The notes under the pieces are model-generated. The model worked only from the letters and a program-made list of their open reading frames with translations. It was not told where the DNA came from and did no database searches. 64,000 nucleotides of DNA from an uncultured bacterium (GTDB lineage Bacteria > Babelota > Babeliae > Babelales > Babelaceae), in contig OY970332.1 in NCBI GenBank assembly GCA_963717435.1, positions 384,001-448,000 on the forward strand. Reading direction: 5' to 3'. Position 1 is the first letter of the stretch; the number at the start of each line of letters is the position of its first letter. Both the position numbers and the translations under genes were made by a program. Positions 21,424 through 30,825 of this stretch are shown here, piece by piece.

Positions 21424-22782
21424 ATGATAACCAATAAAATCTTTGAACAGATCAGATCACACATTGATGAAGTGGTTGAACGACAAACCGAGCTTGGCGT
21501 TTATCTTTGGCAAGAACTTTTAAAATCCCACCCTGCAGATATAGCCGAATTTCTGGGAAGTATTAATAGAGAAGATTGCAAAAAGTTGTTCTCAGAATTC
21601 CCTGAAATATTAAAAATTAACGTTTTTGAATATCTTTCAAACCCAACAAAAGTAACGTGCTTGTCATTCTTAAGCGACACAGACAGAAGTGCGATATTAA
21701 ACAAATTATCTATAGATGAGCTTACAGACTTCTTTGATGACCTATCTGATGACGAACTAAAAAATTATTTGAGACTATTACACAAAAAAGATAAAGAGCT
21801 TGTGGTCTCACTTTTGCAATTCGGACCAGATACCGCCGGTGGCATTATGGACACCCAAGTTATGACTTTAATGCAAGATTTTACAATCGAAAAAAGTATA
21901 CAGATACTCCAAAGACTGCAACCAAGTCGCGAACTTCACCAAGAGATTTATGTAACTGATCAGAATAACGAACTTGTGGGTCATATAAAATTAGAAGACT
22001 TGGTGCTAAAAAATCCCAAAGAAAGACTTTCTTCGATCTTGCGCCAAAACGAACTTGTAATTAACGTCGATGAAGACAAAGAAGCAATCGCTCAAAACAT
22101 GATCCACTACCACTTAATGACCGTTCCTGTTGTGGGAAATAATAATCAGTTTTTGGGTATAATTCCAAGTGAAACGCTTGTTGAAGTTATCGAAGAAGAG
22201 GCAGCAGAGGACGTATACAGAATTTCTGCTATGACAAATATTAAAGAGTCTTATTTTGAGACATCTTTTTTTAGTCTGTTTTGGCAAAGAAGTTCAATTT
22301 TATTAATACTTCTACTTGCACAGTCACTTTCAAGCATGATAATCAAAAGCTACGAAGCGATATTAATGGGCTTCAGTTTGTTTTCTTTTATTACAATGTT
22401 AACCAGTACAGGCGGCAACACAAGCAGCCAAACTTCAGCTATTGTTATCAAGGGGATCGCATCAGGAGAAATTAATAAGTCAAACACAAGCAAATTTCTT
22501 TTAAGAGAGTTTACAATGGCAGGTCTTATAGCTCTGTCGCTTTCTGTATTTTCGTTTGCCAGAATCTATTTTGTGTCCCAAAATCTAATAAGCAGCTTGA
22601 TAGTTAGCTCGTCACTTTTTGCAATTGTATTATGTTCTGTGGTTCTTGGCAGCTGCGTGCCACTATTACTTAAAAGATTTAATGTCGACCCTGCGCTATC
22701 AGCAGGACCATTCTTGGCTACATTTATGGACGTAATAGGCTTGTTTATTTACTGTTCTATAAGCCAACTAATTTTGGGTTAA
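21424..22782 (+). CDS. mgtE: Magnesium transporter MgtE
   Basis: HPADIAE, TAGGIMD, CBS pair, GGNTSSQ, DPALSAGPFLAT..DV.G. Confidence 0.92.
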   Translation: MITNKIFEQIRSHIDEVVERQTELGVYLWQELLKSHPADIAEFLGSINREDCKKLFSEFPEILKINVFEYLSNPTKVTCLSFLSDTDRSAILNKLSIDELTDFFDDLSDDELKNYLRLLHKKDKELVVSLLQFGPDTAGGIMDTQVMTLMQDFTIEKSIQILQRLQPSRELHQEIYVTDQNNELVGHIKLEDLVLKNPKERLSSILRQNELVINVDEDKEAIAQNMIHYHLMTVPVVGNNNQFLGIIPSETLVEVIEEEAAEDVYRISAMTNIKESYFETSFFSLFWQRSSILLILLLAQSLSSMIIKSYEAILMGFSLFSFITMLTSTGGNTSSQTSAIVIKGIASGEINKSNTSKFLLREFTMAGLIALSLSVFSFARIYFVSQNLISSLIVSSSLFAIVLCSVVLGSCVPLLLKRFNVDPALSAGPFLATFMDVIGLFIYCSISQLILG

Positions 22783-22857
22783 GTTTTTTACAAAATTAAT
22801 AATTTTTTTAAATTGGGTCACAAAATCAAAGTTTTTTGCAATATTACAGCATTTTTC

Positions 22858-22886
22858 TTGACAAATAAGCCCCTGATCTATACCTT
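22858..22886 (+). promoter_or_regulatory. Promoter of the tRNA pair
   Basis: TTGACA-17 bp-TACCTT. Confidence 0.6.
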
Positions 22887-22904
22887 ATTAATTACTTATT
22901 TTTA

Positions 22905-22980
22905 GAGCCGCTAGCTCAGTCGGTAGAGCAACAGCCTTTTAAGCTGTGGGTCGTTGGTTCGATTCCAACGCGGCTCACCA
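22905..22980 (+). tRNA. tRNA-Lys(TTT)
   Basis: GAGCCGC/GCGGCTC acceptor stem, ACAGC-CTTTTAA-GCTGT anticodon arm, GTTCGATT, encoded CCA. Confidence 0.97.
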
Positions 22981-23096
22981 TTCATTTCCAGTGGAAATGA
23001 ATGGCAGGCCAGTCTGAATTGAAAGACAGCCAAAAAAACCTGAAAATAAGCTCAGTTTGAAATCAAGATATTCTAAATTCATATAGAATAAATTCC

Positions 23097-23174
23097 GTCC
23101 CTATCGTCTAGCCCGGTCCAGGACGTCGCCCTTTCACGGCGAAAACAGGGGTTCGAATCCCCTTAGGGACGCCA
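23097..23174 (+). tRNA. tRNA-Glu(TTC)
   Basis: GTCCCTA/TAGGGAC acceptor stem, TCGCC-CTTTCAC-GGCGA anticodon arm, GTTCGAAT, CCA. Confidence 0.97.
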
Positions 23175-24632
23175 TACTTGATCATCCGAACATTTTAGGA
23201 TGAGATCGAATGGCGTTTGCGCGATGTAATCGATGTTTTCACCTTTCACCGTCAAGTTCGATAGTATAAATTTGATTAATTGCCTTTTTTCCTCAACTTC
23301 AGAACTCACAAAAAGATCATGCGCTTCGCTTGCTATCTTCAGCAGGCACTTTGTCGTAATATAATAGTTATCTTCTGCATCTTGTAATTGTTCAAGTCTT
23401 ATAGAAATATCTGTGATTTGATCTCTAAAGGTTTGGTAAAATCTGTCATACTCGCTATCAGTAATACGCCCTTTGAGTTTATCAAGATAAAGATTATCCA
23501 TCATTTTGCTTATTGTTTTTTGCTCCCTAGTGAGATTCTCAAACTGCTGAGTTTGAAATTCAACCTTGTTTTGATGGAGCTCGCTTAAAGTATCAATAAC
23601 CTGCTTTGCAATATCTTTGGGCATTTGAAGATTCTTAAAAACTCTTTCAAGTTGTCTGGTTATCTCTTCTTCTCGCAACCATGTTGCATCATGTTTGCCA
23701 TTATATTGCGTGCAATGGTAGTAAACAAATCCTTTATGCTTTTCTGGGGTTATGGCTAAACCACAATCTGCGCAACGCATAAGACCTCGATAGATATATG
23801 GCTTACCCGCATATTTAATTGGCTTCTTATTAAAACTTGTTTTAATTTTTTGAACTTTTTCAAAAAGCGCTAAATTAATAAGTGGCGGATATTTATGAGG
23901 ATAAGTTTTTCCTTTGACTACCATAATGCCATAGTAAAAGTGATTATTAAATACTTTATCAATATAGCTAACTCTCCAATCAAGACCATAATCTCTTTTA
24001 ATTTTTTGCATAATAAGAGCCATTGAATAAGCTCCAGTTGCATAAAGCTCAAAAGCATTCTTAACAATCTGCGATGCCATATTCATCAACAATAATATCT
24101 GTTTTATCACCGGTCAAGTAGCAATATTTTTATAGCCATAAGGAGCTTTGGCAAGCCATTCACCTTTACGAAGCTTTTGCTCCATAGCTCGTTTAACATT
24201 GTCTCTGATAGCATCTGAATAATATTTTGCTAATCCAAGACTGATCCCAAATTGAAATTTTTCTACAGCAGAAATTCTGCTATTAATTATTTGACCATCA
24301 GAAACAAAATGAAGTTCTATTTCATCATTTAATGCTTTTTCATAAAGAGTAGAGATACTCGTTTATCAAACATATTGCGTGAAAGTCTATCTACTTTATC
24401 GCAGCAAACAGCAATCTTTTCTTTTTGCTCGATTAATAAAATCAATTATCCGATCAAATTCTGCTCTGTTGATCTTTATAAGCACTTTCATCAAAGCTAC
24501 AAACTCTTTATAATATGTCAAAGCCTTTACTTTTGGCAATAATTTTCAAGTCTTGCTAATTTGAGCTGGTAACGAAAGCCCTGCTTCTTTTTGTTCTTCG
24601 GTACTAACACGGGCTATTATAATTGCTTGCAT
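23163..24632 (-). pseudogene. Large serine recombinase, 5' part frameshifted
   Basis: MQAIIIARVSTEEQ catalytic motif, DKVDRLSRN, APYGY, zinc ribbon RCADCG...YYHC, coiled coil; indels between 24110 and 24560. Confidence 0.85.
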
Positions 24633-24752
24633 GATGCAGCTTTCAGCAATGTTGTTGTGCAATTTTTATATCTATTATTATACCATAAAATGGGATATTT
24701 CTGGAGTAAAAAAGTGTGGAGTTTTGAATTTCAGAACTGTTAATTTTACGCA

Positions 24753-24786
24753 TTAAAATTCCCTCGATTTCTCGAGGGAATTTTAA
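24753..24786. terminator. Hairpin/terminator after cargo gene
   Basis: TTAAAATTCCCTCGA/TCGAGGGAATTTTAA. Confidence 0.6.
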
Positions 24787-24823
24787 GTTGCTCAAAAAAT
24801 ATTTAAATAATTTTGTATCGAAT

Positions 24824-25858
24824 TCAAACCTCGTTGTTGCTCTTTTCTAATATTCTATCAAGCTGGTCAGAGAGTTCTCTAAGATCTAAGCTATAAGAAT
24901 AGCTCGATAGGGATTTTTTTATCGGTAAATTGTCTAGTAAGGCAATTAATTCTGCATCAGAAAGATCACTTAATGTTTTTTCAAGGTAGGTAAAAATTTC
25001 TTTCGTTGAAGAAAGTCGCCCAATAAATCCATATTTATTGTAAAGCCCAATTGATTCAAATTTTTGTATTGCAGCAAATAATAATAATTTACAATTAGCT
25101 ATTGAAGGGACTATAAGAGTACCTTGCTTAATTGGAAGAGAAATTCTCGCAGATTGTAATGCAGAAGACTTAGTAGAAACCTTTCTGCAAAAAAGGTGTT
25201 TAGCATATAAATTTTGGGAATTGCGTATTTGATTACCAAAATATTCCAATATCTTTGGAGGAATTTGCTGAATATCTGGTGTATGTATTCCTGCTAATAA
25301 TGCATGCTCTTTTTTTTCAGGAGCAAATGTATGCAAATATTTGATAAATTCTTCGTCCGTTTCATTTTGTGGGTACAAATGTCCGAATTTGTATTTAAAA
25401 TACTCATACATAATTTTTAAATTACGAACAATAAGTATATATCGTGTTCTATTCACGTAATAATCCACCACATTCATTAACTTATTTGTATGAGTGCTAA
25501 ATTTTTTTGCTTGCGGCCCACAGTATATTATTTCTTCTGATAACAAATTTTTTATAGCCATAGCTAATACTAAAGGATTAACTTCTGCTTGCTCTTTATC
25601 ATCACACGACAATAAAATAATTGGATTTATTTCGTTCAAAGCATTATAGCAATCACATAGAGAATCTAATTCAGTTGATAAACAGTGTAATTTTTGAGCA
25701 CGATATTGCTCATCATCAGCTGGAAGTAATAATTTGGAGAATGCCGCTTCTTGTTCTTGTACTTGCAAATCAACGTTAGTTGTATTGTCTTGTTCCATGC
25801 AACAGCCTGTCCTTGCTGTACTTATTGCTATTAACGTAACCATAACAACATAGTTCAT
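24824..25858 (-). CDS. Secreted hypothetical cargo protein
   Basis: 344 aa; signal peptide then MEQD. Confidence 0.65.
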   Translation of the reverse strand: MNYVVMVTLIAISTARTGCCMEQDNTTNVDLQVQEQEAAFSKLLLPADDEQYRAQKLHCLSTELDSLCDCYNALNEINPIILLSCDDKEQAEVNPLVLAMAIKNLLSEEIIYCGPQAKKFSTHTNKLMNVVDYYVNRTRYILIVRNLKIMYEYFKYKFGHLYPQNETDEEFIKYLHTFAPEKKEHALLAGIHTPDIQQIPPKILEYFGNQIRNSQNLYAKHLFCRKVSTKSSALQSARISLPIKQGTLIVPSIANCKLLLFAAIQKFESIGLYNKYGFIGRLSSTKEIFTYLEKTLSDLSDAELIALLDNLPIKKSLSSYSYSLDLRELSDQLDRILEKSNNEV

Positions 25859-25971
25859 TAAAATATCCTTTTTAATAAATTATTAACACATGTTTTACTT
25901 AAAAAATCAGTATAAATCTACGAGATACAATTTCCAATATTATAAAATTTTTTTAAATTTATCCAACACGT

Positions 25972-27366
25972 TCAATTGCTAGAAATTTTTAATATCCTTG
26001 AATTCAACAAATACTCTCTTAAAATACTTAAAGGCGTGCTTGGTATTGACAATTTAATTTTATTGGCATCGGTCATAAGCCGGCTCCAGCTTCGTTGGCT
26101 CTGCTTAGAAAAAATTGCCCTTAATTCACGGGCATTAAAAGATTCTAAAGCTTTTTTTAACCCAAACATTTGCAAAATCTGCTTTGGGCTCAGTTCAGGA
26201 TTATTAATGATAAGTGTTGTAAGCAAAGATTTATCATTAGATGGTTTATAATCGAGCAAGACTGAACGTTTGCTTTCAAGCTCGTCAATATAATGCAAAA
26301 GTATTTTCTTTGAGATAGCAGGCTTAAAAAGGCTCTTAAGCGATAAATCTGATTTAATATTAAGTGTTTTTAAAAGTTGTTTTATCTTTTGTCGTTTGTT
26401 TAAACGCACTTCCATTCGTAAGATTTCTAATTTATTTCTTTTTTTAAAAGCATCAAAAAGTGAAAGCTGTAAAGCACTATCTTTTTCTAAAGATCTTTTA
26501 CTGCTTTGTTTAGCTTTTTCAAGATCTTTAATCTTGTCGTAAAAGACAACCTCATAGGAGTTGCAATGCCATCTATAACTGTGCCCGTCGTTGCGATAAT
26601 CAGTTTGATTAACATCAAGAGATAGCTTGATGTTTGCTTCTTTGATCTTATTAATAAAGTGATAAGGTATCGAGCCGTCATTTAACTGGATATTTTTTGA
26701 ATAATGAATAGCAGAGATAGGCGCTTTTGAAATGTTCTCCTGAGAGGTCTTAATGCCCATTGTTTCTAAGACCAGCACTAGTTTATTAAGAACTAATTTG
26801 AAATCTTTAAGCTGAAGCTCATTAAAATTGTTACCAAATAATAGCTTGGGCAATGATAACTCAACTTTTAAAAACATCTCAGGTTTACCAGCTAAATTAA
26901 CTCTATTAAAAAGTGTGAGTCGTGGCTTATAAATGCCTTTGAGAAGCTCTTTTCTTGTTGGATTTTGTTTTGATTGAAGACCCAAAACATACCCAGAATT
27001 TTCTTTTAAAGCCCATCTTGCGGACGGCAAAAACTTATCAGGATCGCTGATATCAAACGTGTCTTTGCTTAATGTTAAAACTACGGTGTCGATCATATAA
27101 CAAGTTTTTAGCGAGATAAATTTGGTAAAAAATATTTTGTAATTACTTAAAGATACAGGATTTATTAAGAAAAAATAAGCAAAAAAAGACTCGCGTTTTG
27201 CGAGTCGATCTCTAGGTTTTGCTTTTGTTTTTTTCGCCTTCCTAGCTTTAGATTTTTCCTTTTTTACACGGTTATTGACTTCAATAAGTATAATAAAAAA
27301 ATCTGCAAGTCGTTTACGATCAGCAAAAGACAAAACCATCGGAGCTGGTAAAGTCTTTTTAAGCAT
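25972..27366 (-). CDS. Phage/plasmid replication initiator (gene II/X, Rep_trans-like); domain begins MIDTVVL at 27096
   Basis: MIDT, ELSLPKLLFGNN, IHYSKNI, VFYDKIKD, ILRMEVRL motif order. Confidence 0.7.
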   Translation of the reverse strand: MLKKTLPAPMVLSFADRKRLADFFIILIEVNNRVKKEKSKARKAKKTKAKPRDRLAKRESFFAYFFLINPVSLSNYKIFFTKFISLKTCYMIDTVVLTLSKDTFDISDPDKFLPSARWALKENSGYVLGLQSKQNPTRKELLKGIYKPRLTLFNRVNLAGKPEMFLKVELSLPKLLFGNNFNELQLKDFKLVLNKLVLVLETMGIKTSQENISKAPISAIHYSKNIQLNDGSIPYHFINKIKEANIKLSLDVNQTDYRNDGHSYRWHCNSYEVVFYDKIKDLEKAKQSSKRSLEKDSALQLSLFDAFKKRNKLEILRMEVRLNKRQKIKQLLKTLNIKSDLSLKSLFKPAISKKILLHYIDELESKRSVLLDYKPSNDKSLLTTLIINNPELSPKQILQMFGLKKALESFNARELRAIFSKQSQRSWSRLMTDANKIKLSIPSTPLSILREYLLNSRILKISSN

Positions 27367-27680
27367 ATAAATACCTTATGGTCTTAAATTCATAAAACCA
27401 AAAATAAATTATTAAAAAAATTATTAACTAGATTTATTAAACTGGAGAAGCTTACTTACTGAGTAAGCCTAAATTTAGATATAGACAAATTTCAGTAGAG
27501 TTGCTTTTCACAAGCTTATCGGAGAATGTTTGATTCAGGCTCGTTGTCCTGAGGAGTTGTGTGAAAGTCATGATACTCTTCTTAATTATTAAAAAATGTT
27601 TTATTAACATCGTGGATACTATATATACAAAATAAATAATTGCAAGAAAATATTTCAATAATCGCCTCTATCGCCGGCTT

Positions 27681-27698
27681 GGCGAGCTTCACCCTACT
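27681..27698 (-). repeat. GTAG-tagged REP-like hairpin, inverted partner of 28531..28549
   Basis: Reverse complement AGTAGGGTGAAGCTCGCC. Confidence 0.6.
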
Positions 27699-27800
27699 CA
27701 AAACACTATTATTAGATTAATTACTAGTCATAGCTTAAAATTAGTTCGTTAATTTTTGAGATTCTTTAAACATTAAATTTATTTTTTAGGATAAAAGATT

Positions 27801-28535
27801 ATGAGAGATTCATTTAAAAAAACGGCTGAGACAAATACACAATATGTAAATGAAAATATGCCTGAATTAATCACAGGCGCTTGGCAATTGGCCTCTAGAG
27901 TCAACGGGCAAATAGACATTTGCTCAGGATTAGTGGCCCATGATAAAAGAAAGTCAGATTTGATGATTATGATGAGCAACTCAGTTTCTGACATATGTTG
28001 TTGTTTAGATGGATTGGAACGGGGACATGATAGGACCATCGAAAATAATTTGCGTATGATATTTGAGGATTTTTACAGCGTCCTATACATGAGTGAAAAC
28101 GAAAAGGCATATAATGATTTTGTTAAAAGCGATCTAACTCTAAATGATGCTTTATTATTTTCCAAAAGGCAGCCTGGTTTCGAAAAATTTGGTTCTCTTT
28201 ATGGCTTACAATCCAAAGTAGCGCACCATTACCAAAACTATAATTTATTGGCACGACAAATTGTTTCTATTAATGAAAATGGCGAAGTGCTATTTTCACA
28301 TTTAAAATTAATTCAACACATAAAACTCACTGGTTTTTTATCAAAGCTTTTATCTATAACCTTTTTTTTGCGAGCCATTGGAGAATTAGCTGAAAAAATT
28401 TCTATCGACATACTAAAAGATCCTTATTTTTGGATAAAATCTGAAAATAATCTTGAAAGGAATTTTAATATAGAAGAACAACCCTTTTTAGAGGCACTTA
28501 TATCTAAATGGGAAGACAATTTTAAGGCAAAGTAG
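27801..28535 (+). CDS. Hypothetical protein
   Basis: 244 aa ORF; LRMIFE and LYGLQSKVAH motifs loosely recall HEPN-like helical families. Confidence 0.65.
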   Translation: MRDSFKKTAETNTQYVNENMPELITGAWQLASRVNGQIDICSGLVAHDKRKSDLMIMMSNSVSDICCCLDGLERGHDRTIENNLRMIFEDFYSVLYMSENEKAYNDFVKSDLTLNDALLFSKRQPGFEKFGSLYGLQSKVAHHYQNYNLLARQIVSINENGEVLFSHLKLIQHIKLTGFLSKLLSITFFLRAIGELAEKISIDILKDPYFWIKSENNLERNFNIEEQPFLEALISKWEDNFKAK

Positions 28536-28549
28536 GGTGAAAGCTCGCC
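28531..28549 (+). repeat. GTAG-tagged REP-like hairpin
   Basis: AGTAGGGTGAAAGCTCGCC; a related copy lies at 36520. Confidence 0.6.
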
Positions 28550-28596
28550 GGAGGCATTTTCTTACTCCGGCAGTTATTGTTCTTTAATTTTAGTTT

Positions 28597-28926
28597 TTAT
28601 TTTTTTGATGACTTATTAATATTTGATTTTGATTTTGGGATACTCACCAAATTCATGTTAACCTTTTTTCCCAAAACAGAAGCTGCGCGATCCAGGGTCA
28701 AAAGCGTAACAGAATAATTTTCTGGATCGAGTAATCTTTGAAGTCCAGAACGACTAGTTTTAAGCTGTTGGGCCATTTCTGTTTGAGTGATATCCATCTT
28801 TTCCATATATTGTCTTAAATTTCTAGAAATTACAGCTTTAACGGCTGCAACATTTACTTCTTCAAGAATACCTTCTTGTTCAAGGAAGCTTTCAAAACTT
28901 GATCCAATATGTTTTTTTTTATTCAT
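28597..28926 (-). CDS. XRE-family HTH antitoxin
   Basis: HIGSSFESFLEQEG, TQTEMAQQLKTSRSGLQRLLDP..SVTLLTL.RAA..LG. Confidence 0.85.
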   Translation of the reverse strand: MNKKKHIGSSFESFLEQEGILEEVNVAAVKAVISRNLRQYMEKMDITQTEMAQQLKTSRSGLQRLLDPENYSVTLLTLDRAASVLGKKVNMNLVSIPKSKSNINKSSKK

Positions 28927-28933
28927 AACTCAC

Positions 28934-29272
28934 CTATAAATTTTTAGCTCTTTTTCTTGCTATTTCAATATCTTGCGCTGGCGTTTTTTGTGTTTTTTTT
29001 ATAAATCCATGAAGTAAAATTATTGCACCATCATCAAACACAAACAGTATACGTGAAATACGATTTTCTAAATTACTTCTAATTTCCCATAAGCCCTTGC
29101 TTAATGGACTTACCAAAGGGTAACCTACAGGCCAATCTATTTGTACAATTCTAATATCACCGCCAATAATTTTTCTATCTTCTTTAGATAACTCATAAAG
29201 CCATTTGCGAACAGGCTCATTGCCCGATTCTTCTTTGTAAAAATATACAGGGATTGTTTTTATAAATTCCAT
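28934..29272 (-). CDS. RelE/HigB-like toxin (Gp49/DUF891 type)
   Basis: FYKEESGNEPVRKWL, GLWEIRS, ILLHGFIKKTQKTP; toxin-first order. Confidence 0.88.
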   Translation of the reverse strand: MEFIKTIPVYFYKEESGNEPVRKWLYELSKEDRKIIGGDIRIVQIDWPVGYPLVSPLSKGLWEIRSNLENRISRILFVFDDGAIILLHGFIKKTQKTPAQDIEIARKRAKNL

Positions 29273-29304
29273 CAAAACCTACCTTTTTAATTTTAGATAT
29301 TATC

Positions 29305-29328
29305 TATTGTACCAATTTTGGTACAATA
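29305..29328. promoter_or_regulatory. Palindromic operator of the TA operon
   Basis: TATTGTACCAA-TT-TTGGTACAATA just upstream of the toxin start. Confidence 0.6.
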
Positions 29329-29543
29329 TCGCAAGTTTATATTTATATTTTTTTATCACTCTGGGAATGGCATTTTAAAGGATCTAAAAATGGTTTGTGT
29401 ATGCTGTAGACTCACTGTAAACTGAACTTTAGTATTTCGGAATGTTTCTACTATGTGACGCCATTCATTTTCTGCGAAAATGAATGGCAGGCCATCCTTA
29501 AATGACTTTTATCTAGCGACCTTCGTACTTAATTTTTTCAATT

Positions 29544-29792
29544 ATGTTTTATACATATTATCTTCGTTCCATTAATACTCCAGAAAAAACTTATATTGGT
29601 TTCACTAAAAACATTAAAGATCGATTAGCTGCTCATAATGCAGGGCGTTCTGTTTATACCAGCGATTATCGACCTTGGAGGTTGGAAGCATTTTTTGTTT
29701 TTGATACAGAATCAAAAGCTTTACGATTTGAATCATATCTTAAGACAAATGCCGGCAAGATTTTTTTAAAGCGTTATGTTATTGCGGAATAA
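29544..29792 (+). CDS. Small stand-alone GIY-YIG nuclease
   Basis: FYTYYLRS...TYIGFT..IKDRL..HNAG...YT..YRPW.L...A..FE.YLK. Confidence 0.88.
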   Translation: MFYTYYLRSINTPEKTYIGFTKNIKDRLAAHNAGRSVYTSDYRPWRLEAFFVFDTESKALRFESYLKTNAGKIFLKRYVIAE

Positions 29793-29917
29793 ATAATTGT
29801 TGAATTAAGCTGGGAGCTTGTTATTCATATTGATGTAGTGATATGAATAAAGCATTTGCTAAGAAAAGACTCTGGTAGTAAAATTTGTTATACAATCTAA
29901 ATATATCCATACTAAAT

Positions 29918-30676
29918 ATGATCAAAATGATACAAAAAATTTCTTTTTTTATAATATTTGCCACAAATATATCAATTATCGCATTAGAATCTGGCGATGA
30001 TTTTACGCCTGATATATCCAATATTAGCTATCCAATAGTTTTAAAAGCCCAAGAACTTATTAAATTCAAAAAAAAGAGTAATTTGGGAACGCCGATTATA
30101 TCAATCGCTGGATGTTCTGCTGCAGGAAAAACTGAATTTACTAAAGCATTAAAGAAGGAACTTAAAAAAGCAGATATTAATGCTTTGATCCTTAAACAAG
30201 ATGACTTTATGAATCCCTTAGAAATCATTCCTGATTATATATTGCATCCTCATCTTGACCATAAAAAGATACACGAGGTTATGAAAAACATAAAAAATGG
30301 TGTATTGAAAATAACAAAACCCAAATTTGATTGGAAAAAGCGAGCTGTTGTTTATGAGAATATTGATCTAAGTGATATAGATATCATTTTATTTGAAGGT
30401 CTTTATGTTATCACAGGACTATCTTACGGCTTTGTTGTATATAGTGATATTCGTATATTTATTAATGCAAAAGAAGAAGACATTATAGAGTGGAATTGGC
30501 AACGAGAAAACTCAGGTAAAGTAAGTCATACTCCTAGAAATAGAGAAAAGTTTGATAAAGATATTGCATGGGATATGGAAGACTACCGAAAAAATATTTT
30601 AACTACAAAAATCAATGCTGATTTTGTCATAGAAAAAGATAAGAATCACACCTATTCACTTACTGTAATTAGATAA
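29918..30676 (+). CDS. Uridine-kinase-like P-loop protein with signal peptide
   Basis: IISIAGCSAAGKT, QDDF, P.FDW, IILFEGLY, D.RIFI, ADFVI. Confidence 0.75.
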   Translation: MIKMIQKISFFIIFATNISIIALESGDDFTPDISNISYPIVLKAQELIKFKKKSNLGTPIISIAGCSAAGKTEFTKALKKELKKADINALILKQDDFMNPLEIIPDYILHPHLDHKKIHEVMKNIKNGVLKITKPKFDWKKRAVVYENIDLSDIDIILFEGLYVITGLSYGFVVYSDIRIFINAKEEDIIEWNWQRENSGKVSHTPRNREKFDKDIAWDMEDYRKNILTTKINADFVIEKDKNHTYSLTVIR

Positions 30677-30825
30677 TTAAAATTATTAAAAATAAAATTA
30701 GTTCTAAAATAGTCCTCTGTACCACGCCAGCCTTCGCTCCAATTCTATTTTGATTTTTTTCTTTATTAAAAAAAGAAGATATTTATACTTAACTAAAATA
30801 TTTTAATTTAAACTTTGGGCAAAAA

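Larger units (their letters stand above)
23168..29463. mobile_element. ~6.3 kb integrative element in the tRNA-Glu 3' end (serine recombinase, Rep, TA pair, cargo)
   Basis: GACGCCA direct repeat at 23168-23174 and 29457-29463; recombinase overlaps the left end. Confidence 0.75.

Noticed and set aside
27452-27658. 68-aa ORF within the element
   Set aside because: No SD or recognisable motif; AT-rich intergenic composition
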